A model generated the notes under the pieces. It saw only the letters and a list, made by a program, of their open reading frames with translations, was not told the DNA's origin and made no database searches. From Malacoraja senta (lineage: Eukaryota), in NCBI GenBank assembly GCA_038087875.1, contig CM075978.1, positions 174,778,001 to 174,842,000 of the forward strand: DNA of 64,000 nt, in the 5' to 3' direction. The position numbers were made by a program, and so were the translations under genes. Shown piece after piece: positions 10,901-21,960 of the stretch. Position 1 is the stretch's first letter. Each line of letters starts with the position of its first letter.

Positions 10901-13900
10901 GGGAGAAAACATTAGTTCATTTTTAAAACTGCTTTGTATCTCACACAGACCCGAACGTTTTGCAGGATCAGAAATGAAAGTAATCAAATTAACGGGCAGA
11001 TGCTTGTTTATACCAAAGATTGACACACAATGCTGGAGTACGTCAGCGGGCCAGGTCGCATCTCTGGGGAAATTGGATAACTGACGTTTCGGGTAGGGAC
11101 CGTACTTCAGTCTGATTGTGTGTGNNNNNNNNNNNNNNNNNNNNNNNNNNNNNNNNNNNNNNNNNNNNNNNNNNNNNNNNNNNNNNNNNNNNNNNNNNNN
11201 NNNNNNNNNNNNNNNNNNNNNNNNNNNNNNNNNNNNNNNNNNNNNNNNNNNNNNNNNNNNNNNNNNNNNNNNNNNNNNNNNNNNNNNNNNNNNNNNNNNN
11301 NNNNNNNNNNNNNNNNNNNNNNNNNNNNNNNNNNNNNNNNNNNNNNNNNNNNNNGGGGTGATTACTGGAGCCGACGAAACAACAGTGCAAATCGGGCCTG
11401 GCATCAGATGACAGGTAAGCTGGTTCCCTGATAGGTTGACTGTCGGCTAGGGACTGGTGAGAGCACAAGAGGGATACATAATTGCGATCGTGGGACCAGT
11501 TAACCGATTTGCAGTGGAGTAGGTTGGGGGGGGGTGTCCGAGTTCGTATGTTAAAAGGTACCTGTGCATACAGCGTCCTTTCTTGATTCACCCGCCTTGG
11601 AACTTTCCGGCGTTTGCTCAGATTTAGCGCAGCATAAGGCACCATCGCTTCACCTGCACGTTGCATAGACTGAACGAGAAAAGTATACATCTTCTATACA
11701 AAGGTGCATTTATTCTTGCGCAGAACGACACCATCAGGCTCTAAAATGGTTTCGAGGGCCCATTACATGAATAGTTCCAATGCCAATAACCTATGGGCAC
11801 GATGTCGATCATTCTGCTGCTCTAACATTACCCCCAAAAGCAAGTTAGATCAAATTAGCTAATTAAATCGCAGTTTGTGGATGGCGGGGGGAGGCGTCGT
11901 AAACGTATCTATTTGCTTATTCTCAGCATTGTTTTTTTCGTAAACGTCTTTATTTGCTTATTCTCAGCATTTATATACGCAAAGTAGCAAATTACAGTCA
12001 ACTGATTGAGCGCAAACATTTTCTCTAGTTCCCTTTTTTCCCATTTGATTTCACATCTCAATTCAGCTTCTGTTTCCAAGTGAATGTCAGACTGTGCAGC
12101 AGCATTGACAACGGGGAGTGAATTCGCCTTTCAGCATTGACAACGGGGAGTGAATTCGCCTTTCAGAAATTGAGGAAGCAACATGAAGATGAAACACTGA
12201 TTATATTTGTCACCAGCATGTGAATCACAATATATGCATGGATGGCGGAGGAGATGGACGAAGAATGTTGAATCAGCCGGTAACCTATTGTATGGGGAAA
12301 TTGACTCGATTGGCTTAATGGTCACCTTTTGCTCCGGATATGATCCTGAATTTTGAATTCATCACTGAGATGTCGACGACAGGCTGGAACTGCAATTAAT
12401 ACCTATGTTGTGTTGTCCTGCGACTATGGGCATGGGCTTGGGAAGGCGCTTCAGGGGAAAGTTAAATGAAACTATTAGTGGCCAGTAGTTTCATGCTGTG
12501 CGTGCCAGGCAAATACGGCAGATATGCATCCGTGATAGACACTCATGATTTTGCTCTGGATGTAAGAGCATTTAATAGATCTTGGGCATTTTGTAGACAA
12601 CAGGTACGATTTTTAGAAGTGAGTGCAATATATCAGCTTGGCAATATGGATTTTCATCTAGCATTCGTGTTAACGGACAAAGCCCTTTGGGCGGCTGTTA
12701 CCGAGAGGTACTGGCAGCAATAAAACTGTTAATAAATTTGTGCTGTATAGAAGGCAAACGCAGTGTTTTAACTTTACTTATTTCATACATACCAGTTGCC
12801 CAGTAACATCGGATCTTTCTTCTTCCTTCCGCGTACCTGGTCAATTATTAATATTAATTACTTAACGGGATTAAAAAATTGAATTTTGTCACCCGAAAAA
12901 GACGGTGGTGTGATAGAGTTAGGGGTTAATATAGATCAATGGGCATAATCATGTGCAAAGTCATGGCTTTATTGCCGAATCGTTGTTAATAATAGAGCAA
13001 ATATGCCGATGCCTTCAGCCTTTTAATCCTAGTTTGTGTTTTTCGGGAGTCTTGTTGCTGGTACGGAAATGGAATCTCCAGTTACCAACCTCTCCCATTT
13101 GCTGGGGTTCATGACATTTTGACCTGGGAGTGAGCAACTACCACGTACCCCGTGGAAATAAAACATACCGAGTGGCCGTGAGGGCATCCCGATACTGAAA
13201 CTGTCAGGATTTAGTTACCGGTGTTATTCTTTCAGTCTGGATAATCGTTGTTTGACTAATTCAAGTTACAATAAACATGAATGGCGAACAGGTATCGGAA
13301 TACTTTGAAGGGAGGTGAAAGAGTCCAGCGCACAAAAGGGTAATAACCTTAACTTTCATAGTAACAGGAAATGTCACAGGATCAATAATTAACGGACAGA
13401 AAATAGTAATATGGAAAGAAAGTGTACAACAATGTGTACTCATAATGATTTCAGAAGAGGAATCATGCTGGACCAACACCAAACCTCATGAAAATTACAG
13501 AGAGACAGAGCTATGGTAATGAAGAAAATATAATCTGTCTCGATTTCCAAAATAATATCAAATAGGTTGGCGACAAAATATAAATGAAAAACGATCAGAG
13601 AATAGTAATTATCGACAGGTTGCAGCATTAATTGACGGCTGGCTGTGGGAAAGAAAACAGACTAATGTGCAATTGTTCACTGAAGTGCAACTGCTCACAG
13701 AAAACAATGGGCGCATTTATGTCGCTACCAGTACTGCTGATTATTAGGGCTATAATCGAAACTGTTGTCGAAGTTAGGGTAACACATGTTTGGAAGAGTA
13801 ATCCAGTACAGAGGGGAACAACACATTAGGGTAGGATATTAGTGGACTTAAAAATGGACGGAACGGTGAATTCATCATGCAAAGTAATGAATTTTCGCAG

Positions 13901-16900
13901 AAGGAATATGGAAGCCACACACTATGGCATAAGATACACCGCACAGGAACAGACCTCTCGGCCCACAACGGCTTTGCCGAACGCGCTGACACTTTAAATT
14001 AAGCTACTTTGCCCGTACGTCTTCCATATCCCTCCACCCCCTGCATATCCATGTGCCTATTCAAAAGCTTCTGAAATGTCACCAGTACATCTGCCTCCAC
14101 CGACAGCCCTGACAGCGCATTCGAGGCATCCATCTGTCTGTTGAAGAAGCATGCCCCGCATACCTCCTTTAAACTTTGCCCCCTCTCACCTTAAACTTAT
14201 GCCCTCTAATCGTTGATACTGTATTTCTATACTGGGATAAAGGTTCTGACTGCCTACCGCATCTATGCCTCTCATAAATTTACACACTTATATCAAATCT
14301 CTCTGCTGGCATATGCATCCCAGTGAAATCACTGCAAGTCTGTGCAAACCTTTCTTATGGTTAATACGTTGTAATCCTGACAAACCTCCTCTGCACCAAT
14401 AAGCCAAGGAGCACGCCTTCATGTGGCCTCATCAAGGAGCTCACCTTCATAATTTCCTCAATACAATCAAGCAAGTTTATAAGACATGACTCGTCATGGA
14501 CAAAGCCGCGATGACTGTCCCTCATTAGCCGATTTTCTTTGAAATGAGAGTAAATCCTATCTCAAAGTGTCCTCTGCAATAGGTTCCTAACCAGTGACAT
14601 GCTGCTCACCGGTCTGTATTGCCTGGAATATCTCCGCTTCGCTGCTGAATCAAGATTGCTCTCCAGTCCTCCAGGGACTCGGCTGTGACTAGAGAAAATC
14701 TAAAGATCAGCTCTCAATAGCCTGTGATAGGTTCAACCAAGCCATGCGATTTATCCACTTTAATGCTCTTCAAAGGCCCAAACACCACCTCCTTCTTGAT
14801 GTTCAGCTGCCCAATATATCACTTAACCGGACATTGATCTCACTCTGCTGCATACTCAATTTTCCGTGATGAATAGAGATGCAAAGTTCTAATTACTTGG
14901 AAGGTGCCAGTCCATGCGATATGGAGTAAATGGATATTAGATAGAACTCGCACCAGTCAGGAGCATCATAAAACACAAATGAAACACGGTTGAAGGTAGG
15001 AGACTGAAAACGGGAGACATTATGCTAAGCACATTGGACCACAGTCGAGGTAACCAGGAGCGTTCTGGTGTGGCCGGTTTCAAAAAATCTTCAAGAAAAT
15101 GTGAACTATTCATATCAGGAATATAAATAAAGATCACACTCGGTCCCTTTGATTTTGTTAAGAAAGATAAGGGATGACGACGTGGTTGTCTTTAAAATTA
15201 ATGGAAGTTCTGAGAACATTGATATGGAAAGAATGATGCATCTTGTTGGAAAGTTAAAAAACATAGACGGTCATTTGAAGGTAGGACTAAAGAAACGTTA
15301 CGTTAGAAAAAAAATAATTGGGATATTGGAATCAAGGATATTGGAAGCGATGTGCACGCACGACATGGGAAGCCGAGCAAGCAAGCGAGAGAGAAATAAT
15401 AAAGGTTCATGGTCTTAGATTTATAGGACAAATGTGAGAAACTACGAGTGGAGGGCGAACTCAGGCCTGCGCCGCAATGTAATCGGCTGTAATGAAAAAA
15501 TAATGTTTATACCTTTGAGAGTTCCTATGTTTCCCTTTCTGGAGCTATAACCCATTGGAAAAAAATGCTTAAATTATTTCTTACCTTTAATTTTCCTTGC
15601 AGTACAACGCTTTGCAATGACAAGAGCCAATAGGAACGATACAAAACCGCTCACTGCGCATATAGAAATCATGACGTAATTGACGTAACCTGTAAGATTG
15701 AAATGCATCAGGCACATATGAAAATCGTAGCTGCTGAATTCGGAAAATCCCACGTCACTTGTATCTGACGTAATACGCCGCAAGCTCTGAAATTCAGTAA
15801 CAATTTGAACGTTTGTACAAAGCAAAACTTGACAGATGAGAATTTCCAGAAAATGAATCTGGCGAAAATGTAAATCGTTCTGCCTGATGAACAAAGGATA
15901 TTTAACTAAAATTGACGGAGTTGCGAGAAAGGCTGTCAACAGTTACAGCTGATTTTGTAGACCAGCCCTGTGGTTATTCATAACTATTTTCAAGCCAATA
16001 GAACTGTAGTTATTGGTCCCTAAACATCCCCCCACCAACATTTATGGAGTCAAAGAGTCATTCAGTGTGGAAACAGTTCCTTCGGCCCAATTTTACCATG
16101 CAGACCAACATCCCCCATCTACACTAGGTCCCCTTGCCTGCGTTTGGCCCATTACCCTCTAAAGCTATCCTATCCATGCACCAGTCCAAGTGTATTTTAA
16201 ACGTTGTTATGGCACCTGGCTCAACGATCTCCCCTGATAGCTCGTTCCATATACTCACCACAATTTGTGTAAAAAAAGTTGACCCTCAGGCAGATTAAAT
16301 ATTCCCCCCCTCACCTTAAAGCGTTGTCCTCTAGTTTTTGATTCTCCTACTCTGGGCAAAAGAATCTGTACGTTTGCCGTTTCTGTTTATCTCATTATCC
16401 TATACACCCTTCATACCCCTACAGTCCAAAGAATACAGTGTTATTCTGCTCAATCTCTCCCCATAGCTCATGCCCTCGAGTCCTGGGAATGCTCTTCTCT
16501 GCACCCTTCCCAGCTTAACAGCTTATTTCTTCGATCAAACTGGCCAAACCTGAACACAATACTCCAAATGTGGCCTCACCAATATCCTGTGCGACTGTAA
16601 TATGTCATCGTAACTTCTATACTCAATATTCGTAATGACGAAGCCTTTTTGACCAGTAACACCAGTTTCAAGGAACTATGTACCTGCACTCCCAGACCCC
16701 GCTGATTGCCAACACTCCTAGGTGCCCTGCTATTCATTGTTTGACCTTCAGAAAATGCAACACCTCGCACTTATCTGCATTTAACTCCATTAACCATTCC
16801 TCACTCTACCTGCTCAACAGATCAACATCCAGTTGCAATTGTTGATAACCATCTTCAGTCACTTGCCAATTTCCCAAGATTAGGTCGAGGGCTGTCCTCT

Positions 16901-19900
16901 CCGTTGTAGGGCCATACACGTATTGGCTAAGGATATTGTATTGAACATATCTGACCAATTCCTGCTGATCAATGTCCTTAACATTATGACAATCCCAGTC
17001 TAAACAGTGAATGGTATAATATATGGGCGAAGAAATGGTAGATGCAGTTTAATCAGAGCAAGTGTGTGCTGTTGCGCTACGGAAATCGAATGTACCGTAA
17101 ATTTCAAGACCTTGAATCATAGGTCTAGGAACACAGTTCCTTGAGAATGGTAACACAAATTGGTAGCGTGGTAAAGAATGCATTTAGTATATTTGCCATC
17201 ATGGGTCGTAGCACTGAGTACAAGAGCCATGTGATGAGTGGTAACCATGTTGCAACTTTATAAAACTTTGCTTCGGCCGCGTTTGGAACGTTGTGTGCCG
17301 TTCTGCTCGCTCCATTACGGCAAGAATGTGGAGACTTTTGATAGGGCGCAGAACAGATTTATTAAAACAATAGTTAAAATACATTTGGACAGGTACATGT
17401 ATAGGAAAGGTTTAGAAGGATAAGGGCTAAACGTAGGCAAGTGGGACGTGTAGATGGAGCAACTAGGTCGGCATAGGCATGTTGAGCAGAAAGGCCTGTA
17501 TCCATGCTCCATAACTCTCATAGAATGCCGACTGGATTAGAGGATATTGGCCAGCAAGAGAGCTTGGATAACCTTGGATTTTTTTTTCTAGGCCATCGGA
17601 AGTTGAGGGAGACATAAGTACTTACAATTATGAGGGGCATAGTCAGGATAGATGGTTAGAAATCTTTTCCCAGGGAAAACATGAGAAATAATCGCGGGCA
17701 TAACTTTAAGATCAGAGATGTGTGGGGCAAGTTGTTTTTATACAGAGAGTGGTGTGTGCCGGGAAAACGTTGCCAGGGGTGGTGGTGTTGCAGGCAGAAT
17801 CGAATGTGGGCTTTATGAGTCTTTTGTGGAGGCACATCGACATGCAAAGTGTGGAAGGAAATAGATCACTTATAGGGAGTGGAATTATTTTAACTTGCAT
17901 CATGTACGGCACGGACAGTCTGATCCTTGGTGTACTGTTCTATATTATATGTCAAACAAATAAAACTGGCTTTTAGGCCTCATTTTATGAAACTAAGCAT
18001 AGTTTTCATACTTTACAAGAAAAATAGCTTTAAAAAGACCAACCGGAGTATCTGCTTTTTCCTTGTTAAAACGAAACGCCAATATTAGCGATAATATTTA
18101 GTTGATACTTCAGATTAAATCGGAGAGAGCAAACCGGCGGTCCGACTCACAGCTTTAAAATTCAGGAATTTCAATGAGTATATTTTTAGCGTGTTACTTT
18201 ATTTCAAGGTTCAAATTGTTGGAAAATTCCTGACTAGTTATGTCATGTTCAGGGAATGAGGGACGGCGTTTCAGCTCCGTGGCCTTACGGCAAGGAGCGG
18301 ATAGTAGCTCGTGTATCCATCTAACACCTCTGCGCTGATTTACCTGGCCGTAGAGGCAGAATGGCAGAGCGAGATATGTTAGTCGGACAACGGGATCACG
18401 GGAAATGTTAGAATCAAACAATTGTCCCACGCGGTGGCCGGGAAATATTCGTGTGTTTGTTAGAGGAGTGCTGTCATCAAAAACAAAATAATAGTAGACG
18501 CGAGGAGGTCGTTGATATACTGCAGAAATTAGCAGACTCGGATCAATTGTATTTTAAAACGTATGATGTAACTGTTCAGATGTAAGTTGAAACATACAGG
18601 GACATGCTTATATTTTGAGGAATATGGAAGCATACTGTAAACCGGAAAACATATTACAAAATTCTGGTACGCTGATAAAAGATTTAAGGCAGATCTTGGA
18701 ACTTTGAGCCTCATGGAAGCAGTGGATCCAAAAGGACGTGATGCCGTGGTAAATGCTTGAAAATCACTACTTTTTATTGAGGTCTGTGCACAGGTTCTTT
18801 GCGAGAATGATAGATGAGATCATTGTGGCCGGTTCAGTGAAGAGTTGGGAGAAGTTTGGGGTCTTCTCGTTTGGGCCGAAATGAAGGGTAATTGGTCACG
18901 GGAGATGCTTTACTGGGGCAATCTATTTCCGCTGAAGAAAAGGGAAAACCAGCGGTTATACCGTATCGAGGAGATTTGTGGGAATAGCTTTCTTGAGATT
19001 CGGAGTGTAGCGCCTGACACGCTGGAGGTAGCAGCTCCCAATGAATTTGTCAAAAGACAATTTTGCGTGTACTTGATGAGAACATTTGCAGCCACATGGA
19101 AATCTAGCGGATGTGATTATAATAGACGGACCTTCAAGGTTTATAGTTTCAGGCCAGGACTAATGGTAATTCCTATCATGCGACATTTTGTGAGATCTCC
19201 AACTTTACGTATCTTTCTATGGTAATAGAGATGCGCAGTCTTACCTGTGTCGGAGTTGATGACAACGTAAGTGGCTGCTGCAGGAACACGGTGGGTTACA
19301 TGATTCACAAGGCAGGTGTAAACGGTGCCGCTCGGGACATACTGTGTCACTGATAATCGGCTGGAAGCTTCATACAATCCATCTGCGGTGGGCTTGTTGC
19401 TATTAACCAAATCCGTTGTAGTTTTTCTACCATCTTGATACCACATGAAGCTGATATTCTTTGGGTAAAAGGGAGATGTCGCGCAGAGAATAACGAAGGA
19501 TTCCGTCTTCTCGGGAATTCCAGAATAAATGTTCAATGGAGTTGGCGGAACTAGGGAATGAAGGTTAGTGATACGTTTATATTAGTAGAAAATGAGTGCG
19601 CGGAGTGTGAATGGTTTCTGTGAGGCGGATTCGCGCGTTCATTGTGCTTTTATAATAATGTAAACGGAACCTTTATACCCGAATTTAAATCAGAGATAAC
19701 GTTTACTCGTGCTGTCTAGTGAAGAAAAACATGATGGTAAATGTATATCCCACCCTGCGGCCTGTAGAGACTCTTCTCCGACTCCCAATTCCTCCGTCTA
19801 CGCCGCTTCTGTGCCCAAGATGAGGTGTTCCATACCAGGACATCTGAGATGTCCTCATTCAATCGGAAACAGGGATTCCTCCCTTCCATCATAAACGATG

Positions 19901-21770
19901 CCGTCACTGGGGTCTCCTCGATGTCCCGCAGCTCCGCGCTTGCTCCCCCTCCCCCAGTCGCAACAGGGACATAGTCCCCCTAGTCCTCACCGTTCTCCCC
20001 AACAGCCGTCGCATACAGCACATAATTCTCCGGCATTCTCGCCACCTCCAACGGGATCCTACCACTAGCCAACACTTTAACTCCCCGTCCCATTCCCACA
20101 CTGATCTTTTTGTCCTGGGCCTCCTCCATTGTCAAAGTGAGGCCCAGCGCAAATTGGAGGAACAATACCTCGTAATTCGTTTGGGCAGCTTACACCCCAG
20201 CGGTATGAATATTAACCTATAATTTCAAGTACCCCTTGCCTTCGCTCTCTCTCCACCCATCCCCTTCCCAATTCTCCGACTAGTCTGACTGTCCTCGTTT
20301 ACATTTCATCTCTGTTTACTTTATTGTTCCCTTTTCCTAGCTAACAATGATATATTCTACATTTCCCCTGATCGGCATCCCCTTTGTCTCGTTTTCACAC
20401 CATACACTTCCTTATTTCTGTATCTCCGTCTCCACTGACAGTGTGAAGAAGGGTCTCGACCCGAAACGTCACCCATTCCTTCTACCCAGAGATGCTGCCA
20501 GTCCCGCTGAATGACGCCAGCATTTTGTGTCTATCTTCGGTTTAAACCAGCATCTGCAGTTCCCACAACATGATGGTACATTCTTGCAACACTGCCGTCT
20601 CGGGTAAATGCCAAACATGTAAATGTTCTGCTGCCGACTATTTCCCCGATCATTTGCAAACATTGTGAATAAACAATTCTGAAAATTGTAATTTAGTCGT
20701 GATATGAGAATTTTAGGTGGTAGGTCCCGAACACCATGCAGGTCATTTGAAATGTTGAGGGAAATTTGGGTTCCGATTCTTCGCTATTTTACGTTCGCAA
20801 CATTAGCGTCCAAACTTATTCATGTGGAGGCCACGGTTACAATTGAATGACTCTAACGTCCAATATAAAAACAAACAGTCCTCTTGATCTAACGCAGGCG
20901 AAATGGTACATCATATGGGGTCACCCACTACGACAGTTGCACATGTCTTTTCCGTATTCACAACGGGCACTACAATGCTACCTGTATTGTACTAATGTTA
21001 TGCTGTGCTTTCGAAATAAACTTCCAATACATAAGATACGTTTTGATTAATATCGCTAAAACGTATTGTTTATACATATCAGCATGCAGACCATCTATGG
21101 TATGATTTACCAATTGCAATATTAATAGTATTCATCTGGCTGTATGAATGATTCAAATCTGAAAAAACACGTTACTTGCAGGGCAATATCACAGTCGCGA
21201 AATCGCATTCGTTACACGTTTAAACCTACTTACCCAACACAACTAAAGTCGACCCGGTTCCGTTGCCAACTAAAGTGCCCCAGAGCGTGATGGTACAATA
21301 ATATACTCCGGCATCCTGTCGGCTCACATTGACTATTTTCAGGAAGCCACTGAATTTAGTACCGACGCCGGAAACCGTTCTCCCGTCAGGGTCTGAGATG
21401 AAAAAAACATTTTCACCCTGTTTCCACCAATGTACGCTTACGCTGGGCCCTTCACGAAAGAAGGGAACAGAGCAGTGAAACGAAGCATTTTGGCCCGTCG
21501 AGACATTCACTGCTTGAGGAACTTGAGTTACTTTGTCTGCAGTTTTCCCATTACCTAAAGGAAAGAAAAACAGGCCCGATTAGGAATATTTCACCCCAGA
21601 AGGTTAAACGTAGGAGCAGGGCTAATTGCAAATGGAAATAAAGACACGCATTAAAGAATCCTTGAATATATGTAGGTTTTAGTCTGTATAAAGGGTTTAT
21701 GGGGATGCCATGTACCTGTGAAAATTATCCCCCAAAAAGAGAAACAGCGAAGTGCAATGCTGGACAACAT
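7742..21770 (-). CDS. Multi-exon gene 1: non-rearranging VJ-C1-TM IgSF receptor with ITIM/ITSM-type tail (NKp30/SIRP/PRARP-like architecture). Exons 21770-21716, 21554-21234, 19550-19245, 15689-15585, then cytoplasmic exons copy B (12836-12793, 11669-11562, 10883-10680; 380 aa) and/or copy A (9927-9884, 8401-8294, 7909-7742; 368 aa)
   Basis: All exons have GT/AG boundaries and compatible phases (1-1-1-1-0-0), with no in-frame stop when spliced. Summed CDS is 1143 nt with tail B or 1107 nt with tail A. Domains recognised from canonical Ig Cys/Trp motifs. Confidence 0.88.
8294..8401 (-). CDS. Gene 1 cytoplasmic exon 2, copy A ([36 protein letters not shown])
   Basis: 106/108 nt identical to copy B, intact splice sites, ITIM VPYAAL. 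Confidence 0.75.
9884..9927 (-). CDS. Gene 1 cytoplasmic exon 1, distal copy A
   Basis: 44/44 nt identical to 12793-12836, with intact splice sites. Confidence 0.65.
10680..10883 (-). CDS. Gene 1 cytoplasmic exon 3, copy B ([24 protein letters not shown]... running across the duplication junction)
   Basis: Acceptor ctaatttttatctcgtag, phase 0, ITIM VIYAPL. Homology to copy A ends at 10811; the frame continues into junction/intron-derived sequence to TGA at 10680. Confidence 0.65.
   Translation of the reverse strand, partial: TKQKPMHDKVIYAPLATTGNKTRESGTTAPIAFREQLHFSEQLHFSLLSFPQPAVNLFCNLSIITIL
11125..11354. other. Assembly gap (230 N)
   Basis: Run of n. Confidence 1.
11562..11669 (-). CDS. 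Gene 1 cytoplasmic exon 2, copy B ([36 protein letters not shown])
   Basis: 108 nt, phase 0-0, acceptor ttttctcgttcag, donor CAG|GTACCT. ITIM VPYAAL plus a second tyrosine motif TLYAQ. Confidence 0.82.
12793..12836 (-). CDS. Gene 1 cytoplasmic exon 1, proximal copy B ([15 protein letters not shown])
   Basis: 44 nt, phase 1 to 0, ccag| and CTG|GTATGT; identical to copy A; bridges the TM and ITIM exons in frame. Confidence 0.75.
13900..14850 (-). mobile_element. Degenerate CR1 fragments (intron of gene 1)
   Basis: Decayed PEDWR..PGNYRPVS, SHRGFV..SCLINL and 3' end motifs on the minus strand. Confidence 0.65.
15585..15689 (-). CDS. Gene 1 transmembrane exon [35 protein letters not shown]
   Basis: 105 nt, phase 1-1, acceptor tttcaatcttacag, donor AG|GTAAGA. 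About 22 uncharged residues followed by a basic stop-transfer segment. Confidence 0.88.
16030..17860. mobile_element. Degenerate CR1 fragments, minus (~16030-16860) and plus (~17010-17860)
   Basis: [20 protein letters not shown]; antisense ggtgaggccacatttggagta. Confidence 0.7.
19245..19550 (-). CDS. Gene 1 C1-set Ig exon
   Basis: 306 nt, phase 1-1, acceptor ccttcattccctag, donor AG|[15 protein letters not shown]...[21 protein letters not shown]...[13 protein letters not shown]...TVYTCLVNH shows the C1 signatures C-x4-FYP-x2-I-x3-W, DGxY-x-x-S-S-x-L and YxCxVxH. Confidence 0.95.
19690..20570 (+). mobile_element. Penelope-like element 3' part (RT C-terminus/GIY-YIG end) in the V-C1 intron
   Basis: [31 protein letters not shown]; [19 protein letters not shown]; characteristic tail. 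Confidence 0.7.
21234..21554 (-). CDS. Gene 1 V-set Ig exon with germline-encoded J-like strand
   Basis: 321 nt, phase 1-1, acceptor tttttctttcctttag, donor G|[34 protein letters not shown]...VHWWKQ...[36 protein letters not shown] contains the B-strand Cys, C-strand Trp, DxGxYYC and GxGSxLxV. Confidence 0.95.
21716..21770 (-). CDS. Gene 1 leader (signal peptide) exon [18 protein letters not shown](G)
   Basis: 55 nt from ATG to a phase-1 donor AG|GTACAT; hydrophobic core; 161-nt intron to the V exon acceptor. Confidence 0.8.
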
Positions 21771-21896
21771 TCTGCAGCAAGTGATCACAGGGCGTGTGGA
21801 GCAGTAAACGTTTCTGAAGGTTGAATTGTCAGACGATGAAGCACGTCACTCCTTCTGTGACTGCAGCGCGGCTCTTGTCGATGTGGTGAGACTTAC

Positions 21897-21960
21897 TTTT
21901 ACTTGCATTGCTGTCAACAGCGGCACAATCGTCTGTGGACCATTTCACTGAATGAAGAGA
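21897..21960 (-). other. Possible 5' UTR exon of gene 1 (upstream boundary unknown), containing a 9-codon uORF
   Basis: Strong donor AAA|GTAAGT at 21896 and acceptor ttgctgcag| one base before the leader ATG. A TAA in the leader frame makes it non-coding. Confidence 0.35.

Larger units (their letters stand above)
7837..13715. repeat. Tandem segmental duplication of ~3 kb: unit A 7837-10800, unit B 10811-13715, with 10-nt filler gtcgtcccgc at the junction
   Basis: Matching starts (tttctc(c/t)tgtcttgtttcccgtcgtagcgagagg) and ends (aatgggcgca); collinear homology throughout with substitutions and indels. Confidence 0.93.

Noticed and set aside
10898-11690. Several long ORFs in the track around 11.1-11.4 kb (and 29504-29962)
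   Set aside because: They read through N gaps; only the 108-nt exon at 11562-11669 is supported.
12326-12364. 39-nt candidate extra cytoplasmic exon present in both units
   Set aside because: Weak donor GTGACC, and in the required phase 0 it begins with TGA in both copies.
7837-13715. Tandem duplication as a pure assembly artefact
   Set aside because: The copies differ by many substitutions, a ~375-bp indel and a unique junction filler, which is more than expected from collapsed reads. Not fully excluded because of the gap in unit B.
14610-14688. Exon-like segment (ttttctctag ... CCG|GTGAGC) between TM and cyt1
   Set aside because: It translates as decayed CR1 RT (PEDWR...PGNYRPVS), and 79 nt would break the frame.
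21190-21228. cacagtc near the V exon 3' end as a recombination signal sequence
   Set aside because: Imperfect heptamer, no nonamer at 12 or 23 spacing, and the J-like strand is already in the V exon followed by a normal splice donor.
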